Part shown: piece after piece, positions 1 through 10,690 of the stretch
Numbering within the stretch: the stretch's first letter is position 1
Layout: each line of letters opens with the position of its first letter
Assembly: GCA_965217865.1 (NCBI GenBank)
Contig: CBDCJO010000002.1
Location: forward strand, 3,616,001-3,680,000
Reading direction: 5' to 3'
Source of the DNA: Candidatus Latescibacterota bacterium
GTDB lineage: Bacteria; Latescibacterota; UBA2968; SICM01
Length of the DNA stretch: 64,000 nucleotides
Notes under the pieces: model-generated
Databases searched by the model: none
The model's input: only the letters and a program-made list of their open reading frames with translations
Told to the model about the DNA's origin: nothing
Position numbers and translations under genes: made by a program

Positions 1-822
1 GCCTTTCTGGTCGTGGTCCTGATCTTTACTGTTGCAGGGGGATTTGTTTCCTCTTCGGTAAAGGAACTGGCCGACAATGCAGGCGCTTATCAGAAAAAGA
101 TCACGAGCCTCTTGAGCCAGGGGATCGCGTTGGTGCCGTATGATCGCTTAGGAATCGGTGAGGAGGAAATTCGAGGGCAGCTCTCCTCTATTCCCGTGGG
201 CCGCATGCTGGTCAATTTCACCAACGCCATCATAAATATCTCTTCGAAGACCGTCCTTGTATTGATATTCGTGGTGTTTATGCTGATCGGAAGGGAAGTT
301 GACCGAGAAGCTACAAAGCCCGTATGGCTTGAAATCGAGTCTCGGATAAAGCGCTATCTGGTTACCAAAGTTCTGCTCTCGGCCGTCACCGGCCTGTTGG
401 TGGGCTCGATCCTGTATTTGCTGAATGTGGATCTCGCCTTTGTATTCGGGTTCCTCGCGTTTCTCCTGAACTTCATCCCCAGCGTCGGATCGATCATCGC
501 GACGTTCCTCCCCCTGCCTATTATCCTCGTCAGCCCGGAAGGTTCCTGGACGGTGGCATTGCTGGCATTGGCCCTGCCCGGGTCGGTTCAATTCCTGATC
601 GGAAGTGTCGTGGAGCCGAAGGTGATGGGCACCTCCCTGGACCTCCATCCCATCGTCATCCTGCTCGCGCTGATCATCTGGGGGGTGCTCTGGGGTGTGG
701 TGGGCATGTTGCTTGCCACGCCGATTACGGCGGTTTTGAAGATCCTCTCGGAGCAGCACGAAATCACCAGGCCGGTCGCTCGGCTTATGGCGGGCCGGCT
801 GGACGGGTTTTCCGCATCTTAG
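1..822 (+). CDS. AI-2E family transporter (5' end outside window)
   Basis: Multi-TM protein with family motifs LLNFIPSVGS, VEPKVMG..LDLHP and WGVLWGVVGMLLATP. Confidence 0.85.
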   Translation, partial: AFLVVVLIFTVAGGFVSSSVKELADNAGAYQKKITSLLSQGIALVPYDRLGIGEEEIRGQLSSIPVGRMLVNFTNAIINISSKTVLVLIFVVFMLIGREVDREATKPVWLEIESRIKRYLVTKVLLSAVTGLLVGSILYLLNVDLAFVFGFLAFLLNFIPSVGSIIATFLPLPIILVSPEGSWTVALLALALPGSVQFLIGSVVEPKVMGTSLDLHPIVILLALIIWGVLWGVVGMLLATPITAVLKILSEQHEITRPVARLMAGRLDGFSAS

Positions 823-850
823 GACTTCCTCCCCTTGCCTCGGCATAAAA

Positions 851-1498
851 ATGGATCGGATCAAAAATCTGTTTAAATCGGATCAGCCGATCAGGTGGTT
901 GTTCTACGGCGACAGCATCACCCATGGCGCCACGCATACGTTCGGCCAGCGGGATTATACTCAGCTGTTTGCCGAACGGGTTAGGGCCGAGATGGGACGT
1001 CCCATGGATGTGGTGATCAACACCGCGATCAGCAGCAACACGACTCTGGATCTGCTCGAGGGTTTTGACTGGCGGGTGGCACAGTTCCGGCCGCACGTGG
1101 TATTTTTGATGATCGGAATGAACGATTGTTCGGACCAGCGAGAGATCGGGCCGGAGGTGTTCGAAAAAAATCTTATCAAACTCGTTGAAAAGATCGAATC
1201 GATTCGATCACAAGCTGTTCTCCAAACGACATGCCCGGTCCTTCCGGGAACCCGTCCCGACCGGGAGCCACACTTCGATCTTTACATGGATAAGATTCGG
1301 CGGGTGGCCGGATCGAGAGGGATTCCCCTGATCGATCACACGAGGTACTGGAAGGACCAAGCAGACAAACACTTCTTTTGGATGAGTAACGCCTTCCACC
1401 CCAACGCATATGGACACCGGGCTTTCGCCGCCCTTCTCTACAAGGAGCTGAATATCAGCGATCCGGAAAGCCGTTCGTGCGGGTTTTATTTCCCATAG
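851..1498 (+). CDS. SGNH/GDSL hydrolase family protein
   Basis: GDSIT block I, GMND block III, AFHPN..GH block V. Confidence 0.85.
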   Translation: MDRIKNLFKSDQPIRWLFYGDSITHGATHTFGQRDYTQLFAERVRAEMGRPMDVVINTAISSNTTLDLLEGFDWRVAQFRPHVVFLMIGMNDCSDQREIGPEVFEKNLIKLVEKIESIRSQAVLQTTCPVLPGTRPDREPHFDLYMDKIRRVAGSRGIPLIDHTRYWKDQADKHFFWMSNAFHPNAYGHRAFAALLYKELNISDPESRSCGFYFP

Positions 1499-1502
1499 CA
1501 AA

Positions 1503-1568
1503 GGCCGTGGATCGTCGTTCGTGGATCGTGATTCGTCCCCCCCCCCCCCCCGGGAGCCGTGGATCGCA
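1503..1568. repeat. Degenerate GTGGATC/GTCGTTC heptamer tract enclosing a C15 homopolymer (1537-1551)
   Basis: gccgtggatcgtcgttcgtggatcgtgattcgt-C15-gggagccgtggatc; same heptamer family as 22270-22320 and 24510-24610. Confidence 0.7.
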
Positions 1569-1649
1569 GCCTAAATAGCAACCCTGGACAGAACCAGTAA
1601 ATCACTAAATAGGTCAAAAAAACGGCGGGCTAAAAAGGACGCCGTTTTC

Positions 1650-2567
1650 ATGTTTTGGCTCAACACGATATTTCGTTCTGGAGGATCGGAACTGGTCTCT
1701 TTCGGGGAATTCCTTGGGCTTGGCTGCGCATTTATCTGGGCCCTGAACGTCCTGATCATCAAGAGCCAATTGCGCAGCGTTCCCCCCGCGTTGTTGAATG
1801 CGGTCCGATGTGGTGTAGCGGCCATTTTCTTCTGGTTGTTGCTCCCGTTTGAAATGCCCTTCTCATACGGAGAGGTCACGTTGGGGGAGTGGGGGCTGCT
1901 GATCGGTTCTGTGGTGATCGGCGATACGCTCTATCTGATTGCGATAAAAGAGATCGGGGTGTCCCGATCCCTTCCCCTAGTCGGGATCCATCCCCTGGCC
2001 ACGCTCTTTTTCGAGCACCTCTGGTTACGCAGTCCCTTCGGGTGGTCCTTTGTGCTCGGGACTTGCCTGGTAACGGCCGGGGTCATCTGCCTTTCCATGC
2101 GAACGAAAAAGTTGGCCTTGGTCCAATCCGGAGGGCAGCCCGTGCGGCTGTTATTCGGGGTGTTCCTTTCGGTTTTGGCGGCAATTCTCTGGGGGTTGAG
2201 CACGGTGATGATCAAGCCCGCCCTGGCTCATCTGACGGTGGTTCAAGCAAACAGCATCCGCTTACCTGTGGTGGCAGCCCTTCTCTTCTGGGTCCACCGC
2301 TGGGGTGAGTCGGGTCCGGGATTAAAAGAAATGGGACGGCGTTCCCTGATCATTTTGGCTGGTGCGGGCATCCTGGGGATAGGTCTGGGTTCTATGATGT
2401 TCCTGACCGCAATCGACCTGGTGGGGCCGGCCAAAACGGCAACGTTGGTCTCGGCGATGCCTGTCTTCGGACTGATTATGTCCGTGATCTTTCTGAAAGA
2501 GGAGGTGAACGGTACCCTCGTGCTCGGGGTCGTTCTTTGTGTGACGGGGGTGTGGTTGGTGCTTTAA
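1650..2567 (+). CDS. DMT/EamA family transporter
   Basis: About 10 TM helices in two EamA repeats; C-terminal PVFGLIMSVIFLKE; true start may lie a few codons downstream. Confidence 0.85.
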   Translation: MFWLNTIFRSGGSELVSFGEFLGLGCAFIWALNVLIIKSQLRSVPPALLNAVRCGVAAIFFWLLLPFEMPFSYGEVTLGEWGLLIGSVVIGDTLYLIAIKEIGVSRSLPLVGIHPLATLFFEHLWLRSPFGWSFVLGTCLVTAGVICLSMRTKKLALVQSGGQPVRLLFGVFLSVLAAILWGLSTVMIKPALAHLTVVQANSIRLPVVAALLFWVHRWGESGPGLKEMGRRSLIILAGAGILGIGLGSMMFLTAIDLVGPAKTATLVSAMPVFGLIMSVIFLKEEVNGTLVLGVVLCVTGVWLVL

Positions 2568-2654
2568 GGAGGGGGGAGGGAGTATAAATGGAAATTGCAA
2601 ACTTAAAATTGCAAAATTAGATAAAACCCCTTGAAGATCATTGAAGGCCAGGGG

Positions 2655-3773
2655 CTATCCCATATCCCTTGCCCGTGACAACCAGCGCTCACAATCAACA
2701 CGCTTCCCGCTTTTTCCGGACGACAAAGCCGCGAGGGGGATGATCACCCCTGTCAGAATCGAATCCGGTTCAAGGGGGCCTTCCGGTTTGGATCGAAGCC
2801 ATTCGAGGAAATCGATATGAATCCGGTAGTCAGCGCCGCCGTGACCTCCTTTGGATGAGGGCAGTCGGATTTTCTGGGGTCTTTTCCCATATCGCCAGAG
2901 TGTCACGGATGTCCGCGGGACCTGAGGCCTGCGAGTATGGAGTATGGTATCGATCTGTCCGGCCGTTCCGTTAAACACATAGTGGCGTGCGTAGTCCGGT
3001 CCGGTTGTCGTGAAAAGAAATGTGAATGCCGTTCCGTTCTTAAACAGGCCGGATGCGCAGCAGATGTCGTGACTGGTGGGGTTTTTCTTGTGAGACCTTA
3101 TGCCGACTCTTTTCTCCGGTTTCAAAACAACCCGAGGATTGACGTTCCATACGTTGCACGCGGCGATTCCAACACAACTGGCGGTCTCCGTGTTGAGGGC
3201 ATGCTGGACGAAATCGGTGTCGTGTGTGATCTTTGTCAGCACGACATCTCCGGCCAGGTCCGTATCTCTATAATATTTCCTGAGAAATGAATTACTTGCC
3301 CAGTCGCTGCCCGTGTTGACATGAACGAGGACGCTTTGAACAGATCCGATTTTTCCATCCCTCAGGAGTTTTGTCGTAGCCACAGCAGCGGGGAAACGCC
3401 TGAGATTGTAGCCTACGAAAAGAGGGTAGGTATGTTTGACGACCTGACGATACAGATGAACCGCATCCTTCCACGTCCTCGCGACAGCTTTTTCGAGATA
3501 GACGGGTATTCCCTTTCGAAGGGCGGCGAGGGCCTGGTCAGCGTGCTGAGCCTCCTGGCTTGCCACAACCACGAAGTCAAGCTTTTCTCCTGACAGGAGT
3601 TCCCGGTGGTCGTGGTAGAACCGCTTTCCGAACCGTCTGTTCTCCTCTCCGGTGGGCCGGCGAGGATCTGAGACAGCGATACATTGAGATCCGTGGCTCT
3701 CAAAGCAGGCCGCGTGATATCGACCCCGACCCCCGTAGCCGATCAAACCAAATTTATACTTTCGGTAATGCAA
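2655..3773 (-). CDS. Gfo/Idh/MocA family oxidoreductase
   Basis: GLIGYGGRG Rossmann motif, VYLEKA, VGYNLR, HDTD, GGHGGAD. Confidence 0.85.
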   Translation of the reverse strand: MHYRKYKFGLIGYGGRGRYHAACFESHGSQCIAVSDPRRPTGEENRRFGKRFYHDHRELLSGEKLDFVVVASQEAQHADQALAALRKGIPVYLEKAVARTWKDAVHLYRQVVKHTYPLFVGYNLRRFPAAVATTKLLRDGKIGSVQSVLVHVNTGSDWASNSFLRKYYRDTDLAGDVVLTKITHDTDFVQHALNTETASCVGIAACNVWNVNPRVVLKPEKRVGIRSHKKNPTSHDICCASGLFKNGTAFTFLFTTTGPDYARHYVFNGTAGQIDTILHTRRPQVPRTSVTLWRYGKRPQKIRLPSSKGGHGGADYRIHIDFLEWLRSKPEGPLEPDSILTGVIIPLAALSSGKSGKRVDCERWLSRARDMG

Positions 3774-3873
3774 TTGGGTCCCTCACCTTCTTTTGGCTTT
3801 TTCCGAACCCAGAAAGTGGCCGATGGGATCGAATTTGCCGCCGCCTCTCACCGTTTCCCCCATGATGTCCTGC

Positions 3874-3902
3874 TTGACATCCTTATTTCAGAGGGTTAGA
3901 TT
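3874..3902 (+). promoter_or_regulatory. Putative sigma-70 promoter for the SDR-racemase-PhyH-ThuA-Gfo cluster
   Basis: TTGACA (3874-3879), 17 bp spacer, TAGATT (3897-3902). Confidence 0.5.
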
Positions 3903-4020
3903 GGATTTTAAACACGACGTGGATCATACTGGGGATGCTATTTTTAGGCTATTAAGATAATCCCATTCACTCAACACGCAAGCCGAAAAGATGGCTGATG
4001 CCTGAATTCGGGCAAAGGAG

Positions 4021-4827
4021 TTGGCCGTGCGTTTAAAGGAAAAAGTGGCCGTAGTCACGGGAGGAGGTGGGGGCATCGGATCCGGTATCTGTATGGTCCT
4101 GGTGAGGGAGGGGGCGGATATCGTCGTCTCCGACCTGAGCCTGGAGGCGGCCAAGAAGTGTGTCGGGCTGATCCAGGAGAAGGGTAGGCGTGGACTGGCC
4201 ATAGAATCGGATGTGACTGTAGAATCGGATTGCATATCGGTGGTCGAAAAGGCGCTGGAAGCGTTCGGACACGTGGACATCCTTGTCAACAACGCGGGAC
4301 ATTACGGAGAACGATTGGGCTCTCCGTTTACGAACCAGACCGAGGCGGAGTGGGACGATAATTTCGCGGTCAACGTGAAAGGCCCTTTTTTCTTTTGCAA
4401 GGCGATAGCGTCTCATATGATTGAACGGAAATTCGGGAAGATCATCAATATCTCCTCGATCGCGGCCAAGCGGGATCCCTCGGTTGTTCCGGCCTATGCC
4501 GCGGCGAAGAACGCGGTTTTAAACCTGACCCGCATTGTGGCCAAGGATCTCGGGCCGCACAACATCAATGTGAACGCAGTCTGTCCCGGGGTGGTCTGGA
4601 CGGATTTCTGGCACCGGCTGGCCCCCCTATACGCGAAGAAGGACCCCACCTACGAGGGGCTCGAACCACGCGCTTTCTTCGAAGAGTTGGTCCGGCGGAA
4701 CGCTCCTTTGCAGCGAGAACAGACGCCGGAGGATATCGGCAACCTGGTCGCCTTTCTGGCCTCGGAGGAGGCCAGGAACATCACCGGCCAGGCCATCCAC
4801 GTGGATGGGGGGATGGCCATGGGGTGA
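4021..4827 (+). CDS. SDR family NAD(P)-dependent oxidoreductase
   Basis: TGGGGGIG, NNAG, YAAAK catalytic motif, ITGQAIHVDGG. Confidence 0.92.
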   Translation: MAVRLKEKVAVVTGGGGGIGSGICMVLVREGADIVVSDLSLEAAKKCVGLIQEKGRRGLAIESDVTVESDCISVVEKALEAFGHVDILVNNAGHYGERLGSPFTNQTEAEWDDNFAVNVKGPFFFCKAIASHMIERKFGKIINISSIAAKRDPSVVPAYAAAKNAVLNLTRIVAKDLGPHNINVNAVCPGVVWTDFWHRLAPLYAKKDPTYEGLEPRAFFEELVRRNAPLQREQTPEDIGNLVAFLASEEARNITGQAIHVDGGMAMG

Positions 4828-4924
4828 GGGGGCGGAGGTCATGTAAGTGCAAAATGGAAAATGTAAAATGAAACAGGTCGATCCCAAAAAGCCGCAATCC
4901 AAAATCCGGATCTAAGGAGTCTAA

Positions 4925-5590
4925 ATGCCGGAGACCCTGACGTTTCTTCATACCGCTCCTGTTCTCGTTGACACCTTCAACAGGCTTATTGAGGAGATCG
5001 CACCGGATGTCCCCGTGCGGCATATCATTGATGAAAGCCTCTTGCAGGAAGCCCGGGACAGGGGCGAGATCACTCCGGACCTTTCCCGGCGGGTCGGAGA
5101 CCTGATCCTCGAGGCGGTCAAGCAGGATGCCAGGGTGGTTCTCTGCACCTGTTCAACGATCGGGGCCTGCGCCGAGGACGCGAACCGACTCACGGACCGT
5201 CCGGTCCTTCGGGTCGACCGGCCGATGGCCGAGAAAGCCGTTTCCATGGGATCCCGGATCGTTGTCGCGGCCTCACTTGAAAGCACCATCCCTCCAACTC
5301 GAGAGCTTATTATAGCCGTTGCCCGTGAGGCCAAGAAGGAGATTGAGATCGTGGACTTGCTGTGTGAGTCGGCGTGGGAAAGGCTTGAAGCAGGGGATCA
5401 GGAGGGATATGTCCAGGAAGTGGCGAACGAGCTTAAGACCGCTGCTTCAAAGGGGGACGTCATCGTGCTGGCACAAGCCTCGATGGCCCCGGCGACGGAT
5501 CTATGTCCGGATCTTCCGATCCCTGTACTGAGCAGTCCCCGAATGGGGCTGGAGGCGGCGGTCGAAACGTACAAGGCAGCGAAACTTTAA
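4925..5590 (+). CDS. Asp/Glu/hydantoin racemase-like protein
   Basis: FLHT start, LCTCSTIG, RVDRPMA, IVLAQASM, VLSSP; RBS aaggag. Confidence 0.75.
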   Translation: MPETLTFLHTAPVLVDTFNRLIEEIAPDVPVRHIIDESLLQEARDRGEITPDLSRRVGDLILEAVKQDARVVLCTCSTIGACAEDANRLTDRPVLRVDRPMAEKAVSMGSRIVVAASLESTIPPTRELIIAVAREAKKEIEIVDLLCESAWERLEAGDQEGYVQEVANELKTAASKGDVIVLAQASMAPATDLCPDLPIPVLSSPRMGLEAAVETYKAAKL

Positions 5591-5634
5591 AAGTGAAATA
5601 AGAGAAATAGGAAATAAATTGTTGGGACCCCCAA

Positions 5635-6498
5635 ATGCGTCGAATCACGGACGAGGAGATCCGATTTTTCGATGAAAACGGGTACGTGATCGTGCCCCAA
5701 GCCCTCGGTCCGGAGGAGCTCGTTCATTTCAAGACAGAATCGAAGCGGCTGATCGATGAGGTCATGGCTGGCGGACCGGCGGACCGGATGTGCAGACGGG
5801 GGCCGGAGGGGATCCCCTACTACCTGAGTTATCTCCACGCCCATCCCAACACCTTTTCCCTTCGCTTGCTCGGCCACCCCTTTATCGGGGATCTATTGAG
5901 GCGAATGGTGGGAGAGGACTTCATCCCGTGTTTTGAGTCCCTCGTTTTCAAGATTCCGGGAAAAGGCTCATCGGTACCCTGGCACAGGGACGGCAATCCG
6001 CTACCGGGTCCTGAGCGCATTTTCAACATCGATATCTATCCGGACCGGTCCACGGTGTCCAATAGTTGTGTCTGGGTGGTGCCCGGGAGCCATCTCTGGG
6101 AGAAGGAACGGGCGGACGAGATGATTTCCCGGGGCCGGAGGAATTTCAACCTCCCGGATGCCGTGCCCGCCGAAGTGGAACCCGGCGACGTGCTTCTCCA
6201 TCACGTCAAGGTCATGCACGGCAGTACGGTCAACAACAGCCAGGAGCTTCGGCGGGTGGTCTATTTTGACAACCGGGCCGTGAGCTGGAACCAAAAATAC
6301 GGATGGTGGACTGAGGAATACATGGAGCTGAGATGCAAGCTTTTCCAATGCGCCCTGAACGAGCGGCGGTCCAGGCCTTACACCGAGGATGATGAAACCT
6401 TCGAATACGTTGTTCCCGAGGGTATGCCCGTGTGGCGGCCAGGAGATTCGATCGATCTTCAAGCAGCCCGGGAAGGGCGTAGCCTTGATATGAGATAA
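5635..6498 (+). CDS. Phytanoyl-CoA dioxygenase (PhyH) family protein
   Basis: FFDENGY, WHRD Fe ligands, VPGSH, GDVLLH..HGS..N..RR. Confidence 0.85.
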   Translation: MRRITDEEIRFFDENGYVIVPQALGPEELVHFKTESKRLIDEVMAGGPADRMCRRGPEGIPYYLSYLHAHPNTFSLRLLGHPFIGDLLRRMVGEDFIPCFESLVFKIPGKGSSVPWHRDGNPLPGPERIFNIDIYPDRSTVSNSCVWVVPGSHLWEKERADEMISRGRRNFNLPDAVPAEVEPGDVLLHHVKVMHGSTVNNSQELRRVVYFDNRAVSWNQKYGWWTEEYMELRCKLFQCALNERRSRPYTEDDETFEYVVPEGMPVWRPGDSIDLQAAREGRSLDMR

Positions 6499-6512
6499 AA
6501 AAGGAGATCGGT

Positions 6513-7238
6513 ATGAGTCCACCCATCCGTGTAACCGTCTGGAATGAGTTCCGGCACGAGCGGAAAAAACCGGAAGTCGCGGAGATCTACCCGGAAGGCA
6601 TCCACGGGGCGATCGCGGATTATCTTGAAGCACAACCCGGGATGGTCGCCCGGACCGCGACCCTGGACGAACCGGAGCACGGACTGACGGAGGCGGTCCT
6701 GGCAGAAACGGATGTCCTGACGTGGTGGGGCCACGGGGCGCATCAGGAAGTGAAAGATGATGTCGTGGACAGGATCCAGGATCGCGTTCTGGATGGAATG
6801 GGATTGATCTGTCTTCATTCCGCGCACTATTCAAAGATCTTTAAACGGCTGATGGGGACAGGCTGCAGCCTCAAATGGCGGGCGATCGGGGAAAGGGAGC
6901 GGATCTGGGTCGTGGATCCCGCACATCCGATCGCCGAGGGGATCGGGGACTATTTCGAGATCTCCCACGCAGAGATGTACGGCGAGCGGTTCGACATCCC
7001 CCAACCCGATGAGCTCGTGTTCATCAGCTGGTTCCAGGGTGGGGAGGTCTTTCGGAGCGGCTGCGGTTTCCATCGAGGCCGGGGCAAAATTTTCTACTTT
7101 CGGCCGGGCCACGAGACCCATCCAATATTTTACCAGGAAGAGGTCCGGAGAGTGATCTCGAACGCGGTAACCTGGGCGGTCTCTCCAAGGGGGGCGTCTC
7201 CCGTGTTCGGCAACCGTCAGCCACTCGAGAAGTGGTAG
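6513..7238 (+). CDS. thuA: ThuA (trehalose utilisation) family protein
   Basis: [47 protein letters not shown]. Confidence 0.85.
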   Translation: MSPPIRVTVWNEFRHERKKPEVAEIYPEGIHGAIADYLEAQPGMVARTATLDEPEHGLTEAVLAETDVLTWWGHGAHQEVKDDVVDRIQDRVLDGMGLICLHSAHYSKIFKRLMGTGCSLKWRAIGERERIWVVDPAHPIAEGIGDYFEISHAEMYGERFDIPQPDELVFISWFQGGEVFRSGCGFHRGRGKIFYFRPGHETHPIFYQEEVRRVISNAVTWAVSPRGASPVFGNRQPLEKW

Positions 7239-7257
7239 GCGCAGGTGGAGGATCTCG

Positions 7258-8354
7258 ATGAAAGGATCCAGGTACAGAGCAGCAGCGATCGGCAGGACTG
7301 GAGGGGGAGACTACGGTCACGGCCTCCACAAGGCATTCCAGGGAATCGAGTCTGTCGATTTCGTGGCCGTCGCGGATTCGGATCCCCAGGGTCTGGAGAG
7401 GGCAGGATCTGAGACGGGCGCGATTCACGCCTATGCGGACTACCGTGAGATGCTTGACAAGGAGAGACCCAATCTGGTCAGCGTCTGTCCGCGGTGGACG
7501 GACTGTCACCTCGACATGGTCCTGGCCTGCCTCGCGGCCGGCAGTCACGTCTACTGCGAGAGAAGCCGATGACGGCCAACCTGGAAGAGGGGGACCGGAT
7601 TGTCCAAGCCGCGGAAGAGGCCGGTCGAAAAGTCGCTGTTGCCCACCAGGGAGTCTACCTGTCGAGGACCCAGGCAGTCTGCCGTATGCTGGAGGAGGGG
7701 AAGATCGGGGATGTGCAGGCCATATATGGTCACGGAAAGCAAGATCATCGGGGGGGCGGGGAGGATATGATCACGCTCGGCACCCACCTGTTTAACATGA
7801 TGCGGTTCTTCGAAGGCGACCCGGAATGGATGTTTGCGCAGGTCACAACCGGAGGTAGAGATATCGGACCCGAGGATATCAGGGAGCCGACAGAACCGGT
7901 CGGGCCCGTGGCGGGGGACTCTGTCAACTGCTTCTATTCTTTCAAGAATGGCGTGTCGGGATATTTCGACTCCAAGAAGGATCAAGCGGGTGGGGGGAAG
8001 CGGTTCGGTCTGGAGATCGTCGGCAGCGATGGAATTCTGTCCCTCCGCGGGGGGACCGCAGGGGAGGTTATGCTCTATCCACATCCGGTTTTTCTCCCTG
8101 GCGAGCGATCGCAGGGCTGGGAGCATCTGGCCTTCGAGGAAGATACGCTTTCGACCGGCAACCAACTCGCCATAAAGGACCTGATCTCGGCGATTGAGGA
8201 GGACAGGGAACCCCTTTCGAGCGGACGGGATGCCGTGGCCGCCCTTGAGATGATTCTCGGGGCTTACGAATCGCAGATCAGCGGGGGCAGGGTTTCCTTT
8301 CCGCTCAAAGATCGACGGCATCCATTGGAAAGGCTAAAGGAAATTGAAGATTGA
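7258..8354 (+). pseudogene. Gfo/Idh/MocA oxidoreductase with a frameshift at ~7560
   Basis: HVYCE|KPM motif is split between ORFs 7258-7572 and 7494-8354 at tgcgagagaagccg; real lesion or sequencing error. Confidence 0.8.
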
Positions 8355-8684
8355 ATATTGGGGGACCCTCCAGAAAGTCGTGAATTGTTCAAAATATTGG
8401 GAATTATATACTTGACAAAGGCTATTTGCTTTATCCCAAAATGTTGAGTTTTTTGCGAAAGTTTCGCAGAATGCCCCGTCCTTTGGCCGGAGATCGTCCG
8501 ATTCGAGCGATTTCTTTACCTGATTTTTGATGTCCTGTTTCTATATTTGTCGGCATGGGGACTGCCAACAGATTGTTTGAGTAGACAGAGCCTTCATCAC
8601 TATCATGACTTTATCAAGTATATAATCACCAAAATATTCAATATTCAATGAAGTTGGGATATCCCGCCACAACCAGGTGATTAA

Positions 8685-9497
8685 ATGGACGATCACGAGA
8701 AGTTCCTGTTCGATCTGAACGGCTATCTGGTTCTGGAGAACGTGCTGACGCCGGATGAAGTAGCCGCCTGTAATCGGGCCATAGACCAGAATCCCGACCG
8801 GGTTCGCGTCCGCTCGGAGGAGCAGTCCCTCTCAGGCAAGTCGAAGGCGCTCAAGGGGAAGCAGGGGAGGGGTGATATCTGGGGGATGCTCACGTGGGCG
8901 AAACCCTGGTGCCAGCCCTTCCGGGACCTCCTGGCTCACCCGAAGATCGTACCGGTTCTGACAGAAATCCTCGGTGAGGGATTTCGGCTGGATCACCTCT
9001 ACGGCATCGCGATGGAGGCCGGATCGGAGGGCCACGTCCTTCACGGGGGCGGCACGCATAGCTACCCGATCCACCACTACGAGTGCCGGAACGAACAGAT
9101 TCGCTGCGGGCTGACCGTGGTGGCCTGGTCCCTGACCGACTGCGGCCCAGGGGACGGAGGGTTCGCGTGCATTCCCGGCAGCCACAAATCCAACTTTCCC
9201 ACCCCACCCGACGTTGCCCGCCTGGAGAGGGATCTTGGGGTTGTGAAGCAGGTTGTCGTTCGGGCGGGGTCGGCCATCATCTTCACCGAAGCCCTCACCC
9301 ACGGGACCATGCCCTGGAGAGCCAAACACGAACGGCGCTCGATCCTCTACAAGTACTCCCCGGGTCCGCTCTCCTACGCGGGTGACCATCTTCCGGAAGG
9401 CGTGGCGGAGGACATGGATGCCTTCACGCCCGAACAGCAGGCGGTATTGGAACCGCCCCACCGGATCCGACCCCGAACCGTTGAAGAGAAGAAATAA
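8685..9497 (+). CDS. Phytanoyl-CoA dioxygenase-like protein
   Basis: FLFDLNGY, FRLDH, LHGG, IPGSHKSN, FTEALTHGT, RRSILYKYSP. Confidence 0.8.
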   Translation: MDDHEKFLFDLNGYLVLENVLTPDEVAACNRAIDQNPDRVRVRSEEQSLSGKSKALKGKQGRGDIWGMLTWAKPWCQPFRDLLAHPKIVPVLTEILGEGFRLDHLYGIAMEAGSEGHVLHGGGTHSYPIHHYECRNEQIRCGLTVVAWSLTDCGPGDGGFACIPGSHKSNFPTPPDVARLERDLGVVKQVVVRAGSAIIFTEALTHGTMPWRAKHERRSILYKYSPGPLSYAGDHLPEGVAEDMDAFTPEQQAVLEPPHRIRPRTVEEKK

Positions 9498-9586
9498 AAG
9501 AACCTTCCCGCCAGCTCTCCCGTAAACCATTCTAATATATTGTAATTAAATTTCTTATAGAAATTAAACCCGAGGCCCCTTTTTGC

Positions 9587-9615
9587 TTGACAAATGAACA
9601 AATGTTCACTAAATT
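9587..9615 (+). promoter_or_regulatory. Sigma-70 promoter with a LexA-type box (GAAC-AAAT-GTTC, 9596-9607) in the spacer
   Basis: TTGACA 9587-9592, 17 bp, TAAATT 9610-9615; palindrome TGAAC-AAAT-GTTCA; degenerate second site near 9624-9643. Confidence 0.75.
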
Positions 9616-9660
9616 GTAGACCCGAATAAGTGCTCAAACGTTCAGCTAAAGGGGCTGGTA

Positions 9661-10464
9661 TTGTCATCAAGGGATCTTCCGGCGAAGGAGTCATCGCCTT
9701 CAATCATACCCGGGCTTTCCGCTCACAAGGTGTCCTACCGAGAGGTGGTGAAAAGCTTTGAAGCGCCTTCGGGAAAAAATTTGTTGCTTTACGGGGACAA
9801 ACGGGTCTTCCGTCTGTCCCTCCATCTGGCCGTTCAGGCCATGGCCAGGGGAGCGACCATTGCCGTTGTGGATGGGGGAAATCAGTTTGAGGTCCACACG
9901 GTTGCGCGCCTGGCCAGGGAGCGACGCATCAACCCCGAGATTTTCCTCAACCGGATATTCATTTCACGGGGCTTTACGTGTTACCAGATGGAACAGGCCA
10001 TTACGAACCGGCTGCCGGGATTTTTGAAGCGTATCGATTCGAACATCGGGATGATTTTCGGCCTCCTGGATACCTTCTACGATGAGCAGGCACCCACGAG
10101 GGAAGTCCGAGGGATCCTTAAAAGGGTGATGAAGGCTCTGGAAAAGATGAAGAGAGAGGAACTCTCGGTTCTGCTGGCCTGCACCGAATACAAGGTCCTT
10201 CCCAGGGAAAGAAGGAATCTGTTCAAGGCCCTGAAGGAAGGGATCGACAAGGTTTATCACCTGACGGCCGACCCGGGGGGAAGTCCCAGGTCCGTCCTTT
10301 TACAGGAGTTTCCAACCAGGCATTCGCCTGGGCTTTTGCGGAAGGAGGTTGCCCCCGATGGGACGAACCGTTCCCACCTTCACGAACCTGATCGATTACG
10401 AAATGGCCAGCTGGTCGAAGTACCGACGAGGGCTTCGCAAGGAGGATCAGAGCCTATTCGATGA
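9661..10464 (+). CDS. Inactive RecA/RadA-like (iRadA, ImuA-analogous) protein
   Basis: Walker A degenerate (LLYGDKRVF); VVDGGNQF; IFISRGFTCYQM (RAFT-type); LLDTFYDE; first gene of the PolB2 operon. Confidence 0.75.
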   Translation: MSSRDLPAKESSPSIIPGLSAHKVSYREVVKSFEAPSGKNLLLYGDKRVFRLSLHLAVQAMARGATIAVVDGGNQFEVHTVARLARERRINPEIFLNRIFISRGFTCYQMEQAITNRLPGFLKRIDSNIGMIFGLLDTFYDEQAPTREVRGILKRVMKALEKMKREELSVLLACTEYKVLPRERRNLFKALKEGIDKVYHLTADPGGSPRSVLLQEFPTRHSPGLLRKEVAPDGTNRSHLHEPDRLRNGQLVEVPTRASQGGSEPIR

Positions 10465-10690
10465 TCTGTTTCGCGCTGCTAAACGCCACGTCGCTGAGAA
10501 CTTCTACATGATGCGGTCCATTCCATTCGAAAGCATCTCGATGGCGATGATGCTCGAACAGCGGAGACTGATCAAGTGTCTGGAGGACCGCGTGACAGAG
10601 CTGGATGATGCGCGGAAGGAAATTGCAAAATGGAAAGTGCAAAAGGAAGGGCCTGCCCATGTCGAATGTCATCACGGGCTGGCTGTTTGA
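10358..10690 (+). CDS. Small alpha-helical PolB2 partner protein (arCOG07300-like)
   Basis: MGRTVPT...W.KYRRGLRKEDQ.LFD.LF signature; ggagg RBS upstream; lies between iRadA and PolB2. Confidence 0.75.
   Translation: MGRTVPTFTNLIDYEMASWSKYRRGLRKEDQSLFDDLFRAAKRHVAENFYMMRSIPFESISMAMMLEQRRLIKCLEDRVTELDDARKEIAKWKVQKEGPAHVECHHGLAV

Noticed and set aside
1537-1551. C15 tract as a phase-variation switch
   Set aside because: Intergenic, inside a repeat, not placed between recognisable promoter boxes; homopolymer length is unreliable
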